Of a stretch of 64,000 bases of DNA, positions 37,819-47,108 are shown piece by piece; the first letter of the stretch is position 1, and the number at the start of each line of letters is the position of its first letter. A program made the position numbers and the translations under genes. Below the pieces are notes generated by a model. It made no database searches, was not told where the DNA came from, and saw only the letters and a list, made by a program, of their open reading frames with translations. The DNA is taken from IMG/VR virus record IMGVR_UViG_3300021185_002646, positions 16,278-80,277 of that record. One strand, 5' to 3'. The stretch is from a virus.

Positions 37819-40063
37819 TATAGAAAAAATTGTAATCACTGCTATTAATTTAGCAAAAAAATTAAAACACGAATATGTAACAATAGAACATATTGCGGCA
37901 GTTCTCTTAGATGATCCACATATTCAAGCAATGTGTTACGAAGTAAATGCAGACTTTGAACAATTACAAATTGCACTAGTAGAATACTTAGAAAAAGAAT
38001 GTGCAGAATTAGTTAAAAATGGAACTGAAGAACCTAATCCATATAAAACACAAATGTTAGAACGTGTGTTTAACAGAGCATTAACACAAGCATTATTTCA
38101 AGGTAAAAAACATCTTAACCAATTAGATCTAGTATTAAGTATACTAGGTGAAGAAAACAGTATAGCAGCTCAATACTCTGAACAATTAGGACTTAATAAA
38201 AACAAAGTTATTAAATGGATGCAAGACGCAAATCAGCAAGAGCATGAACAAATATTTGGACCTGCTGATGGATTGAATGATCCACGCCGAGCAACTGGAA
38301 TGACACCAAGAGATGTATTGGCACAGTTTTGTACTAACATGAACGAGGCATATGATGAATATGATGACTTAATTGGACGTAGAAGTGAATTAAAAGATTT
38401 AGTACAAACAGTAGCACGTAAGAAAAAGTCTAATGCTATTTTAACAGGTGGCAGTGGTGTTGGTAAAACAGCAGTTGTACAAGGACTAGCAAAACTTATT
38501 GTAGAAGGACATGTTCCTGATATTATTAAAGACAAAGTTGTATGGGAATTAGATATGACTAAGTTAGTAGCTGGTACAAAGTATAGAGGTGATTTTGAAG
38601 AACGCATGAAACAGTTAGGCGAAGCATTAATACAAGAACCTAACATTATTTTATTTGTAGATGAGATACATACAATCATTGGTGCAGGTAGTACAAATGG
38701 TACTATGGATGCAGGTAACATGTTAAAGCCAGCGTTAAGCAATGGTAAACTAAAAGTAATTGGTGCTACAACAGATGAAGAATATAGAAAAGTATTTGAA
38801 AAAGAAACAGCACTAGCACGTAGATTTACAAAAGTTGTAGTAGATGAACCTAATACAAAAGACGCAAAAGAAGTTGTATACAATTCTTTAGTATCATATG
38901 AAGCATTTCACGATGTTACTATTAGACCAGAAGCAGCAGATCTTTCAGTTGAATTAAGTAATCAATATATCTTTAACAAAAAACTTCCAGATAAAGCATT
39001 TGATATTATTGACAGAGCATGTGCATTTAATAGAATATTACCACCAGAAGAACGATTAGACATATTAGGTGAAGATGAAATTAAAGCAGAGGTGGCAAGA
39101 TTAACTGGTATTCCAAAAGAACATTTAGGAAAAACAGATGATAAAGAAACTGCAAACAAGCACAGTGAAGTAAGAGAATTTTTAGAAAGTACTGTATTTG
39201 GTCAACAAGTGGCAATTGATTGCGTAGTTGATAGTATTACAGTTAGCATGGCAGGTCTTAAAGATCCTATTAAACCTATTGCAAGTTATTTGCTTACAGG
39301 ACCAACTGGTGTTGGTAAAACAGAACTTGCTAAACGTTTAGCACAATCAATGAGTATGAAACTATGTAGATACGATATGGCAGAATATCAAGAACGTCAT
39401 ACAGTGTCAAAACTAATTGGTTCACCTCCAGGTTATGTAGGACACGCAGATGGTAAAGCAGGAGATGGATTACTTATTAATCAATTAGAAGATAATCCAA
39501 ATTGTGTACTGTTACTTGACGAAGTAGAAAAAGCACACCCAGATTTAATGAGTGTATTGTTAAGTTTATTAGACGAAGGTACAATTACAAGTAGCACAGG
39601 TAAAGTAGTAAGTGCCAAGAACGCTATTATTATTATGACAAGTAACCTTGGAGCCAGAGATGCTGCAATTAAGAGCATTGGCTTTAATGAAGAAACATAT
39701 AATGCAAAAGCAGTAGATGACGCAGTAAACAATTATTTTGCACCAGAGTTCCGTAACAGACTAGACGGTGTTGTTAAGTTTAATTCTTTAACAAGAAACG
39801 ACATGAAGCGTATTGTTATTAAGTTCTTAGGTGAACTTGAAACATATGTAGAAGGTAGACATATTGTAATTAATTGGGGTCCTGAACTAGTAGCAATGCT
39901 AGAAGATAAAGGATACGATCCGGCAATGGGTGCAAGACCGTTAGCAAGACTAATCAATGAAACTGTAAAACTTCCGTTAGCAAAATATTTACTTGATAAT
40001 AACAAAGATTATACATTGGACATTGATTGGAAAAAAGATAAGTTAACAATTAATGCAAAATAA
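37811..40063 (+). CDS. clpA: ClpA ATPase
   Basis: HEYVTIEH N-domain; two AAA+ modules (GGSGVGKT, GPTGVGKT); KYRGDFE; GYVG; IGF loop; no ClpB middle domain. Confidence 0.93.
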   Translation: MTDIEKIVITAINLAKKLKHEYVTIEHIAAVLLDDPHIQAMCYEVNADFEQLQIALVEYLEKECAELVKNGTEEPNPYKTQMLERVFNRALTQALFQGKKHLNQLDLVLSILGEENSIAAQYSEQLGLNKNKVIKWMQDANQQEHEQIFGPADGLNDPRRATGMTPRDVLAQFCTNMNEAYDEYDDLIGRRSELKDLVQTVARKKKSNAILTGGSGVGKTAVVQGLAKLIVEGHVPDIIKDKVVWELDMTKLVAGTKYRGDFEERMKQLGEALIQEPNIILFVDEIHTIIGAGSTNGTMDAGNMLKPALSNGKLKVIGATTDEEYRKVFEKETALARRFTKVVVDEPNTKDAKEVVYNSLVSYEAFHDVTIRPEAADLSVELSNQYIFNKKLPDKAFDIIDRACAFNRILPPEERLDILGEDEIKAEVARLTGIPKEHLGKTDDKETANKHSEVREFLESTVFGQQVAIDCVVDSITVSMAGLKDPIKPIASYLLTGPTGVGKTELAKRLAQSMSMKLCRYDMAEYQERHTVSKLIGSPPGYVGHADGKAGDGLLINQLEDNPNCVLLLDEVEKAHPDLMSVLLSLLDEGTITSSTGKVVSAKNAIIIMTSNLGARDAAIKSIGFNEETYNAKAVDDAVNNYFAPEFRNRLDGVVKFNSLTRNDMKRIVIKFLGELETYVEGRHIVINWGPELVAMLEDKGYDPAMGARPLARLINETVKLPLAKYLLDNNKDYTLDIDWKKDKLTINAK

Positions 40064-40673
40064 CGAAATAACAATTTTACCTACAGAAACTGTATTTTAC
40101 AGAGAATTTGATACACGTATCAAACTGATAAAATTGCCTCGTAAATTTCATTTCAATTATGGTAGATTTGATGATAAAGGCAATTCTAGATTTAGGGTAG
40201 TAAAAATATATAGAAGTAGACATGAATATGATTGTAATCTTTACACATCTAGTCTTGATATTATACAAAACATACTAACTGATCCCGAACTGCAAGTAAC
40301 AGAAATAACACAACCTTTAAACGACACTCACAGAGAATTGTTACATAAACGTGACAGAAAAGTAGTTATCCGCAACAAGTTATGGTTTAACAGATACAAG
40401 CATAAAATATCAGCATGGCATAATTGGGACAAACCAACAACCCGTGATGAAAGTTTAACTATGATTAAATGGGTATACGAACATTTTCCCAAAGGTGAAA
40501 ATAGAGTTGTATCAACCTCATATGGTTCATATTTTGGTAGTACTAGAGTAGTACAACCACCAACAATCTTTACAAATAGCGAAGATACTATGATGTTATT
40601 CAAATTAGCATATGGCGACATGCTTCGTATGACTATGGAAACCTGTATCACGCTTCAAGAACTCGATAATTGA
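40053..40673 (+). CDS. Hypothetical protein
   Basis: 206 aa ORF. Confidence 0.7.
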   Translation: MQNNEITILPTETVFYREFDTRIKLIKLPRKFHFNYGRFDDKGNSRFRVVKIYRSRHEYDCNLYTSSLDIIQNILTDPELQVTEITQPLNDTHRELLHKRDRKVVIRNKLWFNRYKHKISAWHNWDKPTTRDESLTMIKWVYEHFPKGENRVVSTSYGSYFGSTRVVQPPTIFTNSEDTMMLFKLAYGDMLRMTMETCITLQELDN

Positions 40674-40704
40674 TAAATACTTGTAAGATTAAAGGAGATT
40701 ATTA

Positions 40705-41076
40705 ATGTCTAGTTCTAATATAGTTCTAACAAATAAAAACGAACTTTCATATACAAGTGACCCTGTTAAGGGCGACGGTTACTATGGATTTGCTGATGGT
40801 TTACATACTATGAGTTTTCATGTAAGTAACTTTACTGGGAGAATTCACCTAGAAGCAACAATTGTAGAACAACCAGCAGAATCTGATTGGTTTCCTATTG
40901 ATTTAGATAGTATTACACCTTATTTACAATTTACTGCACAAACTACTACCAAAGGTACAAGTTTTGAAGGTAATTTTGTTTACTTACGTGTTAAGGTTGA
41001 CAGATCATATTTAGGTGCAGGATCATATGATGCTGCATTACACGGCGCACTTGATAAAGTAGTCGTACTAATATAA
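40705..41076 (+). CDS. Probable virion structural protein
   Basis: Late promoter GATAAATA at 40672; GDGYYG..DGLHT, GNFVYLR. Confidence 0.6.
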   Translation: MSSSNIVLTNKNELSYTSDPVKGDGYYGFADGLHTMSFHVSNFTGRIHLEATIVEQPAESDWFPIDLDSITPYLQFTAQTTTKGTSFEGNFVYLRVKVDRSYLGAGSYDAALHGALDKVVVLI

Positions 41077-41089
41077 AGGAGAAATACAC

Positions 41090-42967
41090 TTGGCAATTAA
41101 AGCATTCAGTGGCGGTATACAACAGTTCCCTATACCAGATTTCGTTTTAACGGAAAGCATTGCTGATGGCGATATTTTAGTTTATAGAGATATAGACAAA
41201 GCCTTTCACAATGAAACAGGTAATTTTACAACATTAGCAGAAGTTAATGCCTTAATAGCAAACATTAACAGCGGTGGTAGTATTGATTTAAGCGATTATG
41301 TCACAACCACAGCATTAGCAACACAGGTAGCAACACTTAACACATCAATTGGAACTAAAGCAGATACTACATATGTAGATGCTCAAATAGCCGCTATACC
41401 TGGCACAGATTTAAGTAATTATGTAACCAATGCATCATTGGCAGGTACAATAGCAAATTACGACTTGTCTTCAGAAGTAACAAGCAAGATTAATACTGCA
41501 ATTGCAAACGCTTCATTTTTTGATGGTGATTATAATAATCTTACTAATACTCCAGTAATTCCAGATTTAACAGGATATGCAACACAGACTTGGGTACAAA
41601 ATCAAATAGCAAACACAACACTTGGTTCATTGTCTGATGTAAGCAGTACTGCACCAAGCACAGGTCAAGTACTTAAATGGAACGGTACAACATGGGCACC
41701 TGCAGCAGATGTTACATCTGGCGGAGGCGGAACTGATGCAGACACATTAGATAGTCAAGATGGCACTTACTATTTAGATTATAATAATTTTACTAACACA
41801 CCAACATTATTTGATGGAGCATATGGCTCTTTAACTGGTGCACCAACTATACCAGCAGACATAAGTGATTTAACTGATACAACAAATTTATTAACTGGTG
41901 CAGCTTATACTGATGCTAGTGTTGATACACATCTTAACAGAAGTTCAGCAACAACGAATCAAGTATTAAGTTGGAGTGGAACAGATTATGCCTGGGTTGC
42001 TCAAACAGGTGGCAGTGGTGGAGCAACTACATTAGGTGGATTATCAGACGTAAGTAGTACATCTCCAACAAATGGTCAAGTACTTAAATGGAATAGTACA
42101 AATTCAGAATGGGAACCAGCAGTAGATGCCACTTCGGGTGTTGGCGGAAGTAGTTATGCCACAGAAGCATATGTAGATCAAAAATTATTAGAACGTGGTG
42201 AACACTTTAGTGGTGACTATAATGATTTAACTAATGCACCAACATTGTTTAGTGGAAACTTTGTAGACTTAAATGGTAAGCCAACTACAATTGCAGGTTA
42301 TGGAATTACAGATTCACCAGATAGCCTTTTAGATTTAAATATAGTAGATGGTACAAATGGACAAGTATTAACAACAGACGGTTCAGGAAACTTTACATTT
42401 ACAAATGCAGGATCATTTAACGGTGATTATAATTCATTAATTAACTTACCTAATTTGTTTAGTGGTAACTATAATGACCTAGCAAATCAACCTTACATTC
42501 CAAGTATAGCAGGATTGGCTTCAACAACATATGTTGATAATAAAGTACAAGAACCTAATGTAAGCAAATATGTAAAAGTATCTAATGTAGTATTAGCACA
42601 ACATGATAATTTTGTTATGTCAATAGAAACAACAGATGCAACTCCAACAGAAGCATTATTAACTACTGGAAGCAGAATAGTAGTTGACGATGATAGTACA
42701 GTTATGTATAAAGTACACATAATTGGTGCAGATGGAACTGATAATTATGGTATTAAATTACAAGGTATTATTGATAGAACTAGTGGAACATTAGCATTAA
42801 TTGGTACTCCAAGTAAAGAAACCCTAGCAGATACCACAAGTGATACGTGGTCAGGTAGCGTTTCTGCTGATACTACAAACAATAGTTTAAAGATTTTAGT
42901 CACAGGCGAAGCATCAAAAACAGTAAATTGGACTATTTTTGTTGAACAAAACGTGGTAAAAAGATAG
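41090..42967 (+). CDS. Tail-fibre-like protein with internal repeats
   Basis: Repeated F.GDYN.L.N.P and TLG.LSDVSST.P..GQVLKWN motifs; Thr/Gly-rich; TTG start. Confidence 0.75.
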   Translation: MAIKAFSGGIQQFPIPDFVLTESIADGDILVYRDIDKAFHNETGNFTTLAEVNALIANINSGGSIDLSDYVTTTALATQVATLNTSIGTKADTTYVDAQIAAIPGTDLSNYVTNASLAGTIANYDLSSEVTSKINTAIANASFFDGDYNNLTNTPVIPDLTGYATQTWVQNQIANTTLGSLSDVSSTAPSTGQVLKWNGTTWAPAADVTSGGGGTDADTLDSQDGTYYLDYNNFTNTPTLFDGAYGSLTGAPTIPADISDLTDTTNLLTGAAYTDASVDTHLNRSSATTNQVLSWSGTDYAWVAQTGGSGGATTLGGLSDVSSTSPTNGQVLKWNSTNSEWEPAVDATSGVGGSSYATEAYVDQKLLERGEHFSGDYNDLTNAPTLFSGNFVDLNGKPTTIAGYGITDSPDSLLDLNIVDGTNGQVLTTDGSGNFTFTNAGSFNGDYNSLINLPNLFSGNYNDLANQPYIPSIAGLASTTYVDNKVQEPNVSKYVKVSNVVLAQHDNFVMSIETTDATPTEALLTTGSRIVVDDDSTVMYKVHIIGADGTDNYGIKLQGIIDRTSGTLALIGTPSKETLADTTSDTWSGSVSADTTNNSLKILVTGEASKTVNWTIFVEQNVVKR

Positions 42968-43036
42968 AATTTAGATAAATAAAAGTAGTGCAACAGCACA
43001 GAACTTTAAAAATAAACATTATTAGGAGAATATATA

Positions 43037-43342
43037 ATGGCAACAAGAAATCCAGCAAACGAAATTGAATTCGGTAAATTCAACTACGGTGCAACAATTA
43101 CTTCATGGACTATCACAGCAGCAGCAGACGTTTCTGCAGAAGTTAATCCAGGTGAAGAAATGGAAGCAATTCTAGAGTGTGTAGCTCAAAAAGGTACAGT
43201 AATTGGTCTTTCTGATCACGCAACAGGTGGTACTGTATTTACAGTAGCAGTTGAAAACAGCTCATGGGCTGACGCTTCAGAACTACAAACGGCTCTACAA
43301 GCATTATCACTAGCAACTGCCGGTGCAATGACAGTAGCGTAA
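43037..43342 (+). CDS. Probable small structural protein
   Basis: Own late promoter (42975), strong SD and terminator. Confidence 0.6.
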   Translation: MATRNPANEIEFGKFNYGATITSWTITAAADVSAEVNPGEEMEAILECVAQKGTVIGLSDHATGGTVFTVAVENSSWADASELQTALQALSLATAGAMTVA

Positions 43343-43367
43343 GTTACTTAGTTAATACAATTTAAAG

Positions 43368-43402
43368 AAAACCCAGTTTTAGAAATAGAACTGGGTTTTT
43401 TT
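43368..43402 (+). terminator. Rho-independent terminator
   Basis: AAAACCCAGTT...AACTGGGTTTTTTT. Confidence 0.85.
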
Positions 43403-43454
43403 ATGACCAATATTATAAATTGGATAAATACAATTATACAAGGAGATACAGATA

Positions 43455-43811
43455 ATGGCAAACACAGATTTAAACAATGACGGTAAAATATCATGGATGG
43501 AAGCATTTCCATATTGGTTTGATAGATTACGTTTATTCCCTCGTGCATTTATTAGTATGTACATTTATTTACTATACAGAGTAACAGAATGGTTTATGGC
43601 ACTGCCAGACCCAAGTATGCCACAAGCAGGATTAGTTAGTGTTGTAGTTGGAGCAGGTGCGGCATGGTTTGGTCTCTATGTAAACAGTACTAGTGAAAAC
43701 GATCAAAAGATCGTAGTGCAAACTGATACTTCCACTTCAGGAACCCGTGCTAGTTATAGCGGTTCAGCAAGTGCAGAAGCAGATTATTCTACTAAAAAGA
43801 GCAAATACTAA
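43455..43811 (+). CDS. 2-TM membrane protein (possible holin-like)
   Basis: D.LRLFPR, WFM.LPDP...QAGLVSVVVGAGAAWFGLY. Confidence 0.6.
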   Translation: MANTDLNNDGKISWMEAFPYWFDRLRLFPRAFISMYIYLLYRVTEWFMALPDPSMPQAGLVSVVVGAGAAWFGLYVNSTSENDQKIVVQTDTSTSGTRASYSGSASAEADYSTKKSKY

Positions 43812-44375
43812 ATGTATCAACATCATATATTATTAAAAACAGCAGAACCTTTAGACAGTGAAACTGCAATGGACTGGTTGGGAATTTGCAAACGTTTCGC
43901 ACCAGAGGGAGTTGTTTTCTCATATAATAAAGTAGTAAATGATCACGTAGAAGTTGCTATGGAATACGGCACAGATGATAACTGTCCTGAATTCCCACAC
44001 ACATACATAGTTCCACTAACAAGAGATTTAACCCAAGAAGAAACTGCAATAGTTGTTGCGGCTTGGGATTATAAATTTATTCCTGATTTTAATATTGAAA
44101 TATCAAACATGTACGATGAAATGCAAGACGTAGAACTTGATATAGATCCTGAAATAGTAGAAAGTGCTACAATAGATTTAAACAAGTGGCATCACAATAG
44201 ATGGCGTGATGAAATGCTTAGAGAAGGATGGCACTATGGATTGTATTTTAGCGAAAGTAAAAAATCACACCCAGCTCTTAGAGATTGGGATTCATTACCA
44301 GAAAGTCATAGACGCAGCCCGCAATTTGATAACAAAGAAATATACGAATGGCTTCGTAAAAACGGCGTCAAATAA
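43812..44375 (+). CDS. RyR-domain-containing protein
   Basis: HNRW......GW.YG......KSHP.L..WD.LPE. Confidence 0.7.
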   Translation: MYQHHILLKTAEPLDSETAMDWLGICKRFAPEGVVFSYNKVVNDHVEVAMEYGTDDNCPEFPHTYIVPLTRDLTQEETAIVVAAWDYKFIPDFNIEISNMYDEMQDVELDIDPEIVESATIDLNKWHHNRWRDEMLREGWHYGLYFSESKKSHPALRDWDSLPESHRRSPQFDNKEIYEWLRKNGVK

Positions 44376-44438
44376 CAGGTTGACATAGCACACTAACCTT
44401 GCTATAATATATACATAATTTTACAATTAGAGGTATAT

Positions 44439-45455
44439 ATGGTAGGCAAAGTAGGTTTCGCGTGTAAGTATTTGCACCCCGATCAAACACAAAAGAAAAA
44501 GATACTTGAAGAAATTCAAAGACCTCTAACAGAAAAAAGCACAACTATTCGTTGGCTTAATGAACAACATAAAGATGTAGCAGAACAGCGTTTGTGGGAT
44601 ATTATGGTACATAATACACAAGCAGTTTACAATCTTGTAGAGTATGTAGGTAATCTTCCAGAGAATCAACGCATGGTACGTTTAGGCAGTAATCAATTAC
44701 CAGCCGCAACACACCCAGACTGGAGTTGGTATTGGAAACGAGCAGATGTAGTAGATTACGCATCTAAGCATTATGCAAGAGCAGGTGAGCTTGCACGACA
44801 ATTAGGTGTGCGTCTTAGTATGCACCCAGGTCAGTTTGTTGTACTAGCAAGCGATACACCAGAAATAGTAGAACGCAGTATAGAGGAGTTTGAATATCAT
44901 GCGGATATCATCAGGTACATGGGTTACGGTAAGGAGTGGCAAGACTTCAAGTGTAACGTCCACATCTCCGGTAGACAAGGTCCAGCCGGTATCAAAGCCG
45001 CACTTCAACGATTGTCTCCAGAAGCACGAAACTGTATTACTATCGAAAATGACGAAAACGCATGGGGCCTTGATGCCTCACTCGAACTTGAAAAGGAGGT
45101 AGCACTAGTTGTCGACATACACCACCACTGGGTTCATAGCGCCGGAGAATATATTACTCCAAGCGACGACCGTATTAAACGTGTCATTGATAGTTGGCGG
45201 GGCGTTCGTCCTGCTTGTCATTATAGCGTTAGCCGTCAAGCTCTTTTGGAAGGACACCCAATAGATGTCAAGCCAGATTACAAAGCACTAATTGAACAAG
45301 GTTACAAAAAAGCAAAACTAAGAGCACACAGTGATCTTATGTGGAATACTGCCGTAAACGAATGGGCTGGTACTTTCCGTAAAGACTTTGACATTATGGT
45401 AGAAGCAAAAAGCAAAAACTTAGCAAGTATACCATTTGAGGAATCCACAAATTGA
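44439..45455 (+). CDS. uvsE: UV-damage endonuclease
   Basis: RLSMHPGQF, IENDE, DIHHHW, HYS, AHSD, DIMVEAK.K; sigma70 promoter 44380-44408. Confidence 0.93.
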   Translation: MVGKVGFACKYLHPDQTQKKKILEEIQRPLTEKSTTIRWLNEQHKDVAEQRLWDIMVHNTQAVYNLVEYVGNLPENQRMVRLGSNQLPAATHPDWSWYWKRADVVDYASKHYARAGELARQLGVRLSMHPGQFVVLASDTPEIVERSIEEFEYHADIIRYMGYGKEWQDFKCNVHISGRQGPAGIKAALQRLSPEARNCITIENDENAWGLDASLELEKEVALVVDIHHHWVHSAGEYITPSDDRIKRVIDSWRGVRPACHYSVSRQALLEGHPIDVKPDYKALIEQGYKKAKLRAHSDLMWNTAVNEWAGTFRKDFDIMVEAKSKNLASIPFEESTN

Positions 45456-45727
45456 ATAAAATAATTAATTTTTTTAAACAAAGCTATGCAAACGATCGCA
45501 TGGCTTTTTACGCAGAAATAGTAGAAACAACAGTTCTTATTATAGCAAGTGCAGTATTAAGTTTTACAATACTTGATCCTGCTACAACAATATTCGTTCC
45601 ACTGTACCTAGTAGGAAGTATACTAGCAGTATTCAGTACATATAGACGTGGAAGTAGTGCTATTGTGTTATGCACATGGTTTACTATTATGAATTCTTGG
45701 GCATTCGTACAACTTTTTATATTGTAA
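45452..45727 (+). CDS. Small membrane protein
   Basis: Three TM helices. Confidence 0.65.
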   Translation: MNKIINFFKQSYANDRMAFYAEIVETTVLIIASAVLSFTILDPATTIFVPLYLVGSILAVFSTYRRGSSAIVLCTWFTIMNSWAFVQLFIL

Positions 45728-45773
45728 ACATAATTTAACATTTTGATAAATACTACAATAGGAGTTTATCATT

Positions 45774-47108
45774 ATGAGATTAGACAGTTTTACACATAAA
45801 GAAGTACCAGCAGATACAATTTTAAAAGAAATAGGCGTACCTAAAGACGAGCGAGAAGTTATATTAGAATTCTTGCCACTAATACCTGTTGCTTTATGGG
45901 CCGGTGGTGCGGCATGGACTGCCTATGATACATATCAAGCTAAAAAACAATTAGATGCAGGTAAAATAACACAAGCTCAATTTGCCGCTAGAGTAGGTAC
46001 AGATGTAGCAATTGGTGTTGCAGGCGGTGTACTAGGTAAAATAGCTGGTAAAGGCTTTAAAGTAGGTAAAGAAATCTACAAAAGTAAAAAAGCAGCCAGG
46101 GCAGCTCAAAAGAAAACTGCTGATATTCCAACTCCCAAAGATGCAGCAATCCCCCCAACAGGTATCAATGTAGTAGCAAATGCAGCCACAGATACTGCAA
46201 CAGCTTCATCTAAAAAAGTTGTACAAACTGCAAATCCAGGTGATACTATAAAAACTGCCAAAGGCGAATTCCTTGCAGGTGTAGATGGTAAAGCAACTAC
46301 AACTAGAGTAAGTGCTCCTAACGCCTCAGCAGTCAAAGATCAAATATTAAAAATTGCTAATCCAGATTCATCTACTGCGGTAGCAGTAGTAAAACAAACA
46401 GATGATGCAGCCGAGATTGCGGCTAAAAGATCAGCTGCAACTACAGGTGGTGATGATTATGCACGTAACTATGTTAGAAATACTGCATTAGATAGAATGA
46501 AAGATTTACCAGCTGCAGGCCAAAAATCATTTATTAAATCTCTTGAAAAAGCACATCCTGGCATTGCAAAAGAATTAGGTGTTGATAATTTATTAGCACC
46601 AGCGGCTTCAGTGGCAACTAAGACTGCTACTAAAACTACTACACAAGGAATAACTAGAGCACAACGTAACGCTATATCAAACATGGATAACGTACCAACT
46701 TCAAGTGCAACAAGAAACTCTGCATCAGGAACAGGAGCTTCAGTGGTAGCGAAAACAGGTGATGATGTAGCATCAGCAGGTGCAAAGAAAGTTGATAATG
46801 TTACTCCAACTGGTACAGCACTAGCAAAAACAGGTGATGATGTAGCATCAGCAGGTGCAAAGAAAGTTGATAATGCTACTCCAACTGGTACAGCACTAGC
46901 AAAAACAGGTGATGATGTAGCAGCCGCGGCAGCAAAGAAAGCCGACGATGTTAAAGTTAAAGGTAAGGGCAAAGGCGACAAACCTGATAAACCTAATGCT
47001 AAACAAAAAGCTAAAGCAAGAATGCGTGGATACTTTAGTAACTTAAACAAAGGCAACTATTGGGACACAGATTTAACAGGTGTTGCACAAAAATATGGAT
47101 CTTTCTAA
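45774..47108 (+). CDS. Putative virion-internal protein: targeting-like N-terminus, hydrophobic segment, Ala/Thr repeats, C-terminal YWDTDL motif
   Basis: Late promoter ~45746; ILE/FLPLIPVALWAGG; KTGDDVA repeats. Confidence 0.65.
   Translation: MRLDSFTHKEVPADTILKEIGVPKDEREVILEFLPLIPVALWAGGAAWTAYDTYQAKKQLDAGKITQAQFAARVGTDVAIGVAGGVLGKIAGKGFKVGKEIYKSKKAARAAQKKTADIPTPKDAAIPPTGINVVANAATDTATASSKKVVQTANPGDTIKTAKGEFLAGVDGKATTTRVSAPNASAVKDQILKIANPDSSTAVAVVKQTDDAAEIAAKRSAATTGGDDYARNYVRNTALDRMKDLPAAGQKSFIKSLEKAHPGIAKELGVDNLLAPAASVATKTATKTTTQGITRAQRNAISNMDNVPTSSATRNSASGTGASVVAKTGDDVASAGAKKVDNVTPTGTALAKTGDDVASAGAKKVDNATPTGTALAKTGDDVAAAAAKKADDVKVKGKGKGDKPDKPNAKQKAKARMRGYFSNLNKGNYWDTDLTGVAQKYGSF
46752..46950 (+). 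repeat. In-frame 75-bp tandem repeat (~2.5 copies; AKTGDDVASAGAKKVDN.TPTGTAL)
   Basis: Direct repeats visible in DNA and protein. Confidence 0.9.
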